Assembly: GCA_021733985.1 (NCBI GenBank)
Contig: JAIPJT010000001.1
Span: 28,981 to 92,980, forward strand
DNA length: 64,000 nucleotides
From: Victivallales bacterium
Lineage (GTDB): Bacteria > Verrucomicrobiota > Lentisphaeria > Victivallales > GWF2-38-69
Reading direction: 5' to 3'
Below, in pieces: positions 1-9,204 of the stretch; position 1 is the first letter of the stretch, and each line of letters begins with the position of its first letter. Both the position numbers and the translations under genes were made by a program. The notes under the pieces were generated by a model. That model was not told where the DNA came from and ran no database searches. It worked only from the letters and a program-made list of their open reading frames with translations.

Positions 1-2
1 GT

Positions 3-1424
3 AACAAATATAATAAAATAGACAAAGATGTTTTAAAAAGACTGAAAGAAATAGTCGGACATCAAAATTTGATATTTGATAACGAAGAAAAGCTTGAACC
101 ATATTCGAAGGATGAAGTTCCCGACTCAAAATATTCACATATGCCTGAGGTTGTCGTAAAACCGTCAACTTCGGTTGAAATATCATCTATAGTTAAGCTC
201 GCAAACAAGAGGAAGATTCCTCTGACACCGAGAGGTGCAGGTTCCGGCCTTTCCGGCGGTGCAGTCCCTATTTACGGCGGGATAGTAATATCTCTTGAAA
301 ACATGAATAAAATCATAGAGCTGGACAGAAAAAATATGATGATTACTGTAGAACCGGGTATTGTTTCTAATGAAATAAACGAATACTTAAGAGAATATAA
401 TCTTTTTTATGCCGGCTATCCAATGAGTATGGAAACATGCTTTATAGGCGGCAATGTTGCAGAAAATGCAGGAGGCGGCAAGGCTGTAAAATACGGAGTA
501 ACCTCAAGATATGTGATCGGACTCGAAGTTGTCATGCCTAACGGTGAGATAGTAGAATACGGCGGTAAGCTGTTAAAGGATGTTACCGGTTACAATATGG
601 TCCAGCTAATGCTGGCTTCAGAAGGCACTCTCGGTATATTTACAAAAATTATCCTTAAGCTGCTTCCTCTACCCAAATATCAGGCCGATATATTGTGCCT
701 TTTCGACTCCACGGACAATGCGGTAAATTCAGTTCATAAAATTATTACAGGTACCGGGATAACTCCGGTTTCAATTGAATATATGAATAAATGCGCCCTT
801 GAAATAGTGTTCAAATACCTGAACGAATCCATACAGCTGCATAATGCTGAAGGAACACTTCTGATATCTTTTGACGGAAATTCGCCAGACCGTATTGAAG
901 AAGATTATACTGCTGTTTGTAATTTTCTTGAAAAACAGAAAGGATTATTGGAAATATATGTTGCAGATAACCTTTCAACTTCTGAAAGGGTATGGAAACT
1001 GAGGATAAATCTCGCCGAAGCAGTTTCTGTACTGTCAAAACATCAGGCCGCAGAAGATTTGGTTGTCCCCCCTGCCGCAATAAATAAACTGTCAGCATTT
1101 TTAAATAAGCTCTCTGCAAAATACTGTTTAAAAGTTCCGTGTTATGGGCATGCAGGAGATGGTAACCTTCATATTAGAATTGTTGCACCTGAAGACTGGG
1201 GCAAAAATAAATGGGAAGAACTGCTTCCCATTATTCAGGACGAACTGTACCGTTATACATATAATCTTGGTGGTCGTCTATCAGGCGAACACGGCATCGG
1301 CCATAAAAGAAAAAAATATATAGACTACTTTTTATCAGAATCACATTTGAACGTTTTAAAAACAATCAAAAAATCCCTGGATCCTAATAATATTATGAAT
1401 CCGGGAAAAATTTTTGATATTTAA
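3..1424 (+). CDS. FAD-linked oxidase, GlcD / D-lactate dehydrogenase family (5' end runs off window)
   Basis: The listed ORF 69..1424 starts at TTG, but the frame stays open back to nt 3 (NKYNKIDKDVLKRLKEIVGHQNL...). This matches the usual N-terminus of the family. FAD-binding motif RGAGSGLSGG; C-terminal SGEHGIGHKRKKY. Confidence 0.85.
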   Translation, partial: NKYNKIDKDVLKRLKEIVGHQNLIFDNEEKLEPYSKDEVPDSKYSHMPEVVVKPSTSVEISSIVKLANKRKIPLTPRGAGSGLSGGAVPIYGGIVISLENMNKIIELDRKNMMITVEPGIVSNEINEYLREYNLFYAGYPMSMETCFIGGNVAENAGGGKAVKYGVTSRYVIGLEVVMPNGEIVEYGGKLLKDVTGYNMVQLMLASEGTLGIFTKIILKLLPLPKYQADILCLFDSTDNAVNSVHKIITGTGITPVSIEYMNKCALEIVFKYLNESIQLHNAEGTLLISFDGNSPDRIEEDYTAVCNFLEKQKGLLEIYVADNLSTSERVWKLRINLAEAVSVLSKHQAAEDLVVPPAAINKLSAFLNKLSAKYCLKVPCYGHAGDGNLHIRIVAPEDWGKNKWEELLPIIQDELYRYTYNLGGRLSGEHGIGHKRKKYIDYFLSESHLNVLKTIKKSLDPNNIMNPGKIFDI

Positions 1425-1447
1425 TATCAATGTCACTGTCCTAAGAT

Positions 1448-4400
1448 TTATTCTTTATTTTTATTTTTACCGCAGAACTTTTCAGTAGTTTTTTGAATTA
1501 TAGCATAAAAAGACGGAACAAAAAGTGTTCCAAGTATTGTAGCACTTATCATGCCCCCAAGCACAGACCATCCAAGAGAATGACGGCTGTTTGCCCCTGC
1601 TCCGGTAGCTATTACAAGCGGCATAAATCCTAATATGGCTGAAAAGGCAGTCATAAGAACTGCCCTGAACCTAGTGTGGGCAGCTTTTTTAGCCGCTTCA
1701 CTGATAGGCACGCCTTTTTCTCTTTCTACTTTTGCAAATTCAACTATCAAAATCGCTGTTTTTGTAGCCATCCCGAACAGCAGCACAAAACCAATCTGTG
1801 CATAAATATTATTCGGAATCCCGGAAACCCACAACGCAGCTAAAGCACCGATTATAGCAACCGGCACAGACATCATAACTGCGAGAGAGACCATCCAGCT
1901 TTCATATTGCGCCACAAGGAAAAGATATATAAAAATAATAGCAAGGGTAAATATTATAACAGTCATATTCCCTGCAAGTATCTCCTGATAGGCAGTGCCG
2001 GTCCAGCTGTATTTCATTCCTCCCGGCAGCAGTTCATCCGCTATTCTTTCCATTTCTTTAATAGCATCTCCTGAGCTGTATCCCTTTTCCGGTTTTCCAT
2101 TGATCGTTGCCGATTCAAACATATTATAATGGTTTATCACTTCTGGACCCAATATTGTTTTAGCGCTTACCAGAGTACTCATCGGAACCATATTGCCTGC
2201 ACCGTTTCTAACGTAAAGGTCATAAATATCTTCAACTTTTCCACGGAATTCTTCCTGTGCCTGAAGGTAGACGTTATAAACTTTTCCAAATTTATTAAAA
2301 TCATTTACATACATTGAGCCGAGATACGTTTGCAGAGTGTTGAAAATCTCAGTTAGCGTTATGCTTAACTTCTTAGCTTTCTCCCTGTCAACATTTAAAA
2401 AGATTTGTGGAACATCCGCCTCAAAAGTACTGAAAGCAGTAGAAATTACAGGGCTCTGATTTGCTTTTTCTATAACCCTTTTCAGAACCTCAGCCAATCT
2501 CTGGGGGTTATTTCCTCTAGTATCCTGAAGGACAAATTCAAAACCGCCGCCTGTTCCAAGTCCCGGTATAGGCGGAAGATTATAAGCAAATACCTCTGCT
2601 CCGGGTATTCTCCTGAACTTTTTGTTAACCTGCTTAATTATACTGGATGCATGGAGTTTCTTTTCAGGTCTTTTTGACCAGTTGTCAAGAACGGCAATAG
2701 CAAAACCCATATTTGAAGATGAAGAAGCTGATAAGAGAGAATATCCACAGAAGGATATGACATCTGCCACACCTTTCGTACCTGATAATATAGAAGTGGT
2801 CCGGTCTACCTTCTCCCGAGTACGATTTAAAGACGCACCGTTAGGAAGCTGTATATTTACCATAAATGCCCCCTGATCCTCACTAGGCAGAAAACCTGTA
2901 GGTAAATGCTCATAAAGCATATATATACTTCCGATCAGTAAAATAAAAAACATAGCTACAACAGACAGTTTTCTTAGAGACATTGATACAGCCTTATTAT
3001 ATTTTGCTGTTGTAAAGTCTAAAAATTTATCGAACCACCTAAATAAGAAGAGCTTCCTTTTATTCTTCTTTTCAGGCTTCAACAGCAGAGAGCACAATGC
3101 CGGACTTAATGTCAGAGCGTTTATTGAAGAAATTCCTACAGAAATAGAGATTGTAACAGCAAACTGCCTGTAAAGTTCGCCCGTAATTCCCGGTAAGAAT
3201 GCAACAGGGACAAAAACAGCCATAAGGACAAGGGTGGTCGCTATAACAGGTCCGGTGATCTGATTCATGGATTTTTTAGTAGCCTCAACAGGGTCAAGCC
3301 CCTCTTCCTTTATAATCCTCTTAGTATTTTCGACAACAACAATAGCATCATCCACAACTATACCTATTGCAAGTATTAAGCCAAAAAGTGAAATAGTATT
3401 TATGGTATATCCCATAGCCAGTAAAAACGCAAATGTACCAATCAGAGATACAGGAATAGCAATCATAGGTATTAATGAAGATCTCCAGTCCTGTAAAAAA
3501 AATACAGTTACTAATATTACCAGAGCAACTGCAATATACAGGGTTTCCAGCACCTCACCGATTGAAGCTTTCACAAAATCCGTAGTATCATAAAGTATTT
3601 TACAGTCAACATCCTTATTGAAAAGGTGGGAAAGCTTTTTAAGTTCTGTTCTGATGGATTCCGAAACTTCAAGTGCATTTGCGTCTGACAGCTGATATAC
3701 AGCAAGATTGGCAGCAGGTTTCCCATTTAACAATCCGTAAGCAGAATATGAAGTTGCACCCATTTCAACTTTTGCAACATCTTTAACAAGAACTTCGGAT
3801 CCATCACCGTACGCCCGAATAATTATATTTTCGAATTCTTTGACATTTGAAAGCCTGCCTTTAGCCTGAATCGTATACTGAAACTGCTGGTCCGGTCCAG
3901 AAGGCGCACCCCCTATCTGACCTGCTGCAACCTGCACATTCTGCTCTTTTATTGCATTAATGACATCTGAAGTTGTCAGGCTCAGGCTGGCCATCTTATC
4001 GGGATTAAGCCATATTCTCATAGAGTAGTCCTGTGCACCAAGTACAGAGGCTTCGCTTACACCCGGCACACGGGAAATTACATCAAGTATATTTAAACTT
4101 GCAAAATTGCTGAGAAATACTCCGTCATATTTTCCTGAAGGTGAAATGATATTTAATATCATCAGGATCTGACTTCCCTTCTGTTTTACAGTGACCCCCT
4201 GCTGACTAACTTCGGAAGGGAGTTTCGGCAAAGCCACAGCAACTTTATTATTGGTGTTAACGGTATTCATATCCGGATCCGTACCTATATCAAAAGTTAC
4301 AGTGATGCTGGAGCTGCCATCATTTGCACTGAGTGAAGACATATAAATCATATCTTCAACACCGTTCACCTGCTGTTCAATAGGACTGACAACAGTTTTT

Positions 4401-4576
4401 TCTACAGTTGAAGCATTTGCTCCCGGGTAACTGGCGCTAATGGAAACCTTCGGCGGAACAATCTCAGGATACTGAGCAGTAGGCAGGCAATATATAGCTA
4501 TTCCGCCTGCTAAGAGAAATACAATTGAGATAACAAAGGCAAACTTTGGTCGTTTTATAAAAAATTGACTGATCAT
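1448..4576 (-). CDS. RND (HAE1, AcrB/MexB-like) inner-membrane efflux transporter
   Basis: 1042 aa. N-terminus MISQFFIKRPKFAFV. 12-TM layout with two large periplasmic loops. Start lies 2 nt after the adaptor gene stop (operon). Confidence 0.9.
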   Translation of the reverse strand: MISQFFIKRPKFAFVISIVFLLAGGIAIYCLPTAQYPEIVPPKVSISASYPGANASTVEKTVVSPIEQQVNGVEDMIYMSSLSANDGSSSITVTFDIGTDPDMNTVNTNNKVAVALPKLPSEVSQQGVTVKQKGSQILMILNIISPSGKYDGVFLSNFASLNILDVISRVPGVSEASVLGAQDYSMRIWLNPDKMASLSLTTSDVINAIKEQNVQVAAGQIGGAPSGPDQQFQYTIQAKGRLSNVKEFENIIIRAYGDGSEVLVKDVAKVEMGATSYSAYGLLNGKPAANLAVYQLSDANALEVSESIRTELKKLSHLFNKDVDCKILYDTTDFVKASIGEVLETLYIAVALVILVTVFFLQDWRSSLIPMIAIPVSLIGTFAFLLAMGYTINTISLFGLILAIGIVVDDAIVVVENTKRIIKEEGLDPVEATKKSMNQITGPVIATTLVLMAVFVPVAFLPGITGELYRQFAVTISISVGISSINALTLSPALCSLLLKPEKKNKRKLFLFRWFDKFLDFTTAKYNKAVSMSLRKLSVVAMFFILLIGSIYMLYEHLPTGFLPSEDQGAFMVNIQLPNGASLNRTREKVDRTTSILSGTKGVADVISFCGYSLLSASSSSNMGFAIAVLDNWSKRPEKKLHASSIIKQVNKKFRRIPGAEVFAYNLPPIPGLGTGGGFEFVLQDTRGNNPQRLAEVLKRVIEKANQSPVISTAFSTFEADVPQIFLNVDREKAKKLSITLTEIFNTLQTYLGSMYVNDFNKFGKVYNVYLQAQEEFRGKVEDIYDLYVRNGAGNMVPMSTLVSAKTILGPEVINHYNMFESATINGKPEKGYSSGDAIKEMERIADELLPGGMKYSWTGTAYQEILAGNMTVIIFTLAIIFIYLFLVAQYESWMVSLAVMMSVPVAIIGALAALWVSGIPNNIYAQIGFVLLFGMATKTAILIVEFAKVEREKGVPISEAAKKAAHTRFRAVLMTAFSAILGFMPLVIATGAGANSRHSLGWSVLGGMISATILGTLFVPSFYAIIQKTTEKFCGKNKNKE

Positions 4577-4578
4577 AA

Positions 4579-5943
4579 TTATTTACCTTCATTATTTTCG
4601 TTATTATCTTTTCCAACTGTGGTGCTCTTCTCTTCTGTATTTATTTTTGCAGCTGATTTATTAGGCTTTTTTGTTGCTTTAGTTTCGGATTTTTCTCTTT
4701 TTAACGTCTTTTTTTCCTGCTCTTTTATCTTATCCGCGTGTTCTGTTTTATTTTCCTTTTCAGCAGAAGAGTCTTTCTTGTCTTTTTCAACTAATGTTGG
4801 GGGTCTTTCAGTGGTCCTTACCTCGAGTCCTTCTCTAACCTTCTGCAGGCCTTCCACTATAACTTTTTCCCCCTTTTTAAGCCCTTTCGAAGCTACGATA
4901 TAAGTCCCGTAAATAAACCCGGTTTCGAAATTCCGCTTTTCTACAATATTTTTATCATTTACAACCATGACAAATTTACCGGTCTGGTCTTCCTGTATAG
5001 CTGCCTGCGGTACCAGCAGGTGGTACTGTTTAAATTTAGAAGAGATTTTAACGTTAACGTATGCTCCTGGAAGAAGTACTGTTTCAGGATTATCAAATAC
5101 AGCACGTATCAGAAGTGTGCCTGTCATAGGGTCAATCGTATTATTAACAAAGTCAATTTTACCCGGTCTGTTATATTCAGTATTATTTGATAAAACCAAG
5201 TTTATATCAACATATTTAGCGCCGATATCTCTGCTGAATTTTTTTGACTTTTTATTATTCTTCAAGATATACTGTTTAATTGAAACAACCAGACCTTCAT
5301 CAAGATTAAATTCTACACCGACCGGATCGGCTTTAACTATTACTGCAAGAGGGTCGCTTTCACTTCCAACCAGATTTCCGATACTGTATCCCTTCATCCC
5401 TATAATTCCATCAAACGGAGCATATATATCAGTATAGCTTAGATTCAATTCTGCAAGTTTTAGCTTGGCTTTCGCGTCGATCAGCTGTGCCTCAGCTTGC
5501 TGTTTATACGCTTCGGCCCTGTCATACTCTTTTTCTGAAACAGCTTTTTTATTCGAAAGAAACTTCTGTCTTTCATAATCGATCGTTCTGTTTTTAAGGA
5601 TAGATTTCGCATTTATTATAGCAGCTTTAGCTGACTGAACATCAGCTTTATACTGGTCTTTTTCAATCTGGAACAGGAGTTCTCCTTTTTTTACAAAACT
5701 CCCTTCTTTGAAGTTTATTTTCTCTAAAAAACCTTTCACTCTGGCTCGAAGGTTCACTTTATCCAATGCTTTTACTTCGCCAATTACGGTTTCCTGATTT
5801 TTTATCTTTCTCCCTATTACTTTTGTTACAATAACATTCGCCGGTGGTAACTCTTTTACTCCCTCTTTGCCGCAGCCGGAAATCAACAATGTTATAGCTG
5901 TAAAAAAAGTTAAACATTTAAATGCCCGAAAACTGATATTCAT
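4579..5943 (-). CDS. RND periplasmic adaptor (MFP, AcrA/HlyD family) lipoprotein with Lys/Glu-rich C-terminal tail
   Basis: Signal peptide ending in lipobox LLISGC. Coiled-coil hairpin (AQLIDAKAKLKLAELNLSYT) followed by beta-barrel regions. The last ~75 aa are low-complexity K/E/T-rich. Confidence 0.85.
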   Translation of the reverse strand: MNISFRAFKCLTFFTAITLLISGCGKEGVKELPPANVIVTKVIGRKIKNQETVIGEVKALDKVNLRARVKGFLEKINFKEGSFVKKGELLFQIEKDQYKADVQSAKAAIINAKSILKNRTIDYERQKFLSNKKAVSEKEYDRAEAYKQQAEAQLIDAKAKLKLAELNLSYTDIYAPFDGIIGMKGYSIGNLVGSESDPLAVIVKADPVGVEFNLDEGLVVSIKQYILKNNKKSKKFSRDIGAKYVDINLVLSNNTEYNRPGKIDFVNNTIDPMTGTLLIRAVFDNPETVLLPGAYVNVKISSKFKQYHLLVPQAAIQEDQTGKFVMVVNDKNIVEKRNFETGFIYGTYIVASKGLKKGEKVIVEGLQKVREGLEVRTTERPPTLVEKDKKDSSAEKENKTEHADKIKEQEKKTLKREKSETKATKKPNKSAAKINTEEKSTTVGKDNNENNEGK

Positions 5944-6960
5944 ATAATCTCCTTGCTTGTAAATTGGGTTTCAGACTTTAGGCTGCCAAGAAAACGGAAC
6001 GCACGCCTTTTCCGATAAGATGGTTAAAAATCTTCTTTTTCTCTCTTAATATTAATTATATAGGAAATACAAGAAGTAACAATGCACAACATATAAAATA
6101 AAGATTTTTTAATTTAAGCTACCGGATTAAAAGCTTTACTGTTAAATTGCTTATGGACAATCCATCGGCAGCCCTCAGCCTGACCGCCAGCATTATGGAA
6201 TGCTATAAAACTGAGATAGTTAAGGTTCTCGTATAGAGAAAGTTTATTGGTCATAAGTAAACTTTTAGTTTTCATTTAACCTTTCTTATAGATTATATTG
6301 CCATGCATAAAATTGAATAAATTTATTAGTATTGATGTGGAGACTATCCAGAAAATTTTGAATGAAATTAATAACTTAACTTTCGGTAAAGAAGGTAATA
6401 TATTTCAAAATATTTAATAAGCACAGAAAAATAGTAAAGCGACACGGTTACAATATTGAATCAGTTATTTGTACTCCTATTATCTGGGCTTTTTTAAGGC
6501 AAGGTTCAATAAAAATGTTTTGCGAAAAATGACTGAAAGCCTTTTTCCCAGTAGGGAAAAATGTTCTTTATAATACAATAAAAAGCGGGAATATTAACTG
6601 GCGTCTTATTTCACTTGACACAGCTAGAGTTATTTAAGTTCAGAATGATACTTAAAAGAGCAGTAAAATATGGATTTCAGGCAAAATATACTTTTGATAA
6701 CGATCAAAGGCTTCTTCCCATGTAACAATTTCCCTAAATTGTATACTGCGGACGGTTAATGCTTTTAGAAATATCTTTTCTATTAAAATTTCTTGTAATA
6801 ATGTCCTTCTGTGATACTTTCATTATTTGTTGGTTGGCTGTTTTTTTGCTCATATGCAAACCTCTCTTATTTGTTTTAAATACAGAAATGTTATACACCA
6901 ACTAACTTTAGTTATTAAATCATTTTCGATTGCACTTCAGAATTGAATGTAGCTTATACT

Positions 6961-8262
6961 ATGACTAAAGAAAATAATGCGGAATCAAACAGAAAAATGA
7001 ATATAGTTTCACTATGTCTGCTTTTGTTTATAGATTCCATAGGTGACGGTATTATCTTCCCCTTAATGCCGGAACTTTTTTTTGACCCTGTAAATGGTTT
7101 GGTAACCGGGCATCATACTTTTACGCGAGATATGCTTTACGGTATTGCTTTTGCGGTTTTCCCGCTTATGGGATTTTTTAGTGATCCGGGATTCGGAACT
7201 TTTTCCGATACTTACGGAAGGAAAAAAATACTTTTGATCGGAGCCGGAGGTTTAGCTGTATCCTACTTTATAAGTATTTTATCTATTATTTTACACAGTT
7301 ATCATCTTTTTATATTTTCAAGGATTTGTTCCGGAATATGCTCGGGGACATATGTTATTGCAGCCGCGGCAATCTCTGATATGAGTTCTGGAGCACGTAA
7401 TAAACTCAACAATTTTCGCTGGCCGATACTGGTAACTTTATGCGGTTTTATTATCGGGCCGGGTTTATCATCATTAGTAGGTTTTTTAAATTTCCACTAC
7501 AGGCTTACTACACCATTTATTATAGCTTTCATCTTAGCTGTTTCCAACGTAATACTACTCTTCTTCAGTTTTCGGGAAACATACACAGTAAAAAAAAGAA
7601 CTTCAAGCTTATATTATGTTTTAGTCAAAAGCCTGACTTCCTTTTCTTATGCTTTTCGGGAAAAGCGTATAAGAATTCATATAATGGGGTATTTTCTTTT
7701 ATATTTTGGTTACGGACTGTTTTTCCAATCGATTTCACTGTACTTAGCAGTAACATTCGGTTTCAGCACCTCCACAGTAGGTTTCAGTTTTATTGTCCTG
7801 GGAACAGCGCTTGTATTAAGCATCCTTTTTATTCAACCTTTTATTTATAAATATTTTAATTATAAAAGAATATTATTTTTCAGTGTTTTAATTATGGGGT
7901 TTCTGCTTATAATACAGTCAATTGGCTGCATCATGAATACATTTGAAAATATGCAGTTTTTCTGGTTTACCGCCATTCTTTACTTTATTATTCATCCTTT
8001 CGCTTCTTTAGGATACAGAACTCTTTTTTCTCAAATGGTCAGTAATGATGAACAGGGCCTCATTATGGGAGCTTTAGAACAGATTGTTTCAGCTGCTTTA
8101 TTTATTTCTGCACTTTTAATAGGGCATTTAATGAGAGCTCACGACAGCTTAATTTTTCTGCTGGCAGGCATCAGTTTTCTAATAAGCGCCTTCACCATTA
8201 TGTTTAATCAGAAAAAAAACCAAAAATCACTAAAGGTCAGAAAGTATCCCGGTATGAATTAG
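6961..8262 (+). CDS. MFS transporter (drug/H+ antiporter-like)
   Basis: Polytopic membrane protein. MFS motif A-like GTFSDTYGRKKILLIG lies between early TM helices. Start is uncertain: TTG 6943, ATG 6961 or ATG 6997. Confidence 0.75.
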   Translation: MTKENNAESNRKMNIVSLCLLLFIDSIGDGIIFPLMPELFFDPVNGLVTGHHTFTRDMLYGIAFAVFPLMGFFSDPGFGTFSDTYGRKKILLIGAGGLAVSYFISILSIILHSYHLFIFSRICSGICSGTYVIAAAAISDMSSGARNKLNNFRWPILVTLCGFIIGPGLSSLVGFLNFHYRLTTPFIIAFILAVSNVILLFFSFRETYTVKKRTSSLYYVLVKSLTSFSYAFREKRIRIHIMGYFLLYFGYGLFFQSISLYLAVTFGFSTSTVGFSFIVLGTALVLSILFIQPFIYKYFNYKRILFFSVLIMGFLLIIQSIGCIMNTFENMQFFWFTAILYFIIHPFASLGYRTLFSQMVSNDEQGLIMGALEQIVSAALFISALLIGHLMRAHDSLIFLLAGISFLISAFTIMFNQKKNQKSLKVRKYPGMN

Positions 8263-8311
8263 AACCATCGTACAGAATCTGTACTATTGAATTGGCAAAA
8301 AGCATACTATT

Positions 8312-9160
8312 TTATTTCATCAGCTCCTGGTAGGCATTATTTATACATCTATCCCGATTAAACTGAAGACGTTCTTTGAAGTTTCTCGCTGCATTTATAT
8401 CTACTTCCTGCACCAAACAGTTGTTTTCATTTTCTCCAAGCGAATTTATAACTTTTCCAGATGGCGAGATCACAGAACTTGATCCCATAAAATCAATGTT
8501 GTCTTCTTTTCCTGTTCTGTTTATAATAGCAAAATAAAATCCTCCGGTAATAGCTTGTCCCTTCAACATAGTCAACCAGATATCTTTATGTTTTCTTTGG
8601 AAGCAGCAGCCTGAAACATTACTATAACCTATTGCTGTCGGAGAAAAAACTATATCAGCATCCTTAAGACCGTATATTCTCTGCACTTCAGGAAACCAAT
8701 GATCCCAGCAAATCGATATACCGAAATTTCCAAACTCAGTCTTAAATAAAGGAAACCCCAAATTCCCAGGTTTAAAATAAAATTTTTCTTCATAGAGAAT
8801 ATTTTGAGGTATATGCATTTTCCGATACTTACCAATAATTTTTCCCTCTGGATTAAATACTGCAACCGTATTATAGTAGGCCGTTTTATCCTTTTCAAAG
8901 TAAGGCAGAAGCAAGTATACACTTAATTTTTGTGACAGTTCTCGTGCCATTTTCAACGAAGGCCCTTTTTCATCTTCTGCAAATCTGAAGTTATCAATAT
9001 TCTGCTTTTGAGCAAAATATCTTGTAGGAGCAAGTTCCTGTAATGATATTATTCTGGCACCGGCATTTGCCGCCATATATGAATATTCTCTGATTTTTTC
9101 AAAGTTATCGTTCTGATTATCAGAACAGCTAACCTGTATTAAACCTATTATAGTTTGCAT
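8312..9160 (-). CDS. Carbon-nitrogen hydrolase (nitrilase superfamily), N-carbamoylputrescine amidase-like
   Basis: Glu-Lys-Cys triad context: ISLQELAP, YRKMHIP, ICWDHWFPE. Also EKFYFKPG, PTAIG and FMGSS. Starts 44 nt after the NRPS stop on the same strand. Confidence 0.8.
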   Translation of the reverse strand: MQTIIGLIQVSCSDNQNDNFEKIREYSYMAANAGARIISLQELAPTRYFAQKQNIDNFRFAEDEKGPSLKMARELSQKLSVYLLLPYFEKDKTAYYNTVAVFNPEGKIIGKYRKMHIPQNILYEEKFYFKPGNLGFPLFKTEFGNFGISICWDHWFPEVQRIYGLKDADIVFSPTAIGYSNVSGCCFQRKHKDIWLTMLKGQAITGGFYFAIINRTGKEDNIDFMGSSSVISPSGKVINSLGENENNCLVQEVDINAARNFKERLQFNRDRCINNAYQELMK

Positions 9161-9204
9161 AATTAAATTTCCTATTAAAGTTTATATATCTTTCAACAAG
9201 TTTA

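Noticed and set aside
811-8922. Alternative-frame or antisense ORFs within the oxidase, RND, adaptor, MFS and hydrolase genes (e.g. 811..1119, 3267..3593, 4565..4903, 4967..5437, 7440..7850, 8650..8922)
   Set aside because: Each is fully nested in a longer ORF with clear family motifs. Their translations are low complexity with no recognisable domains.
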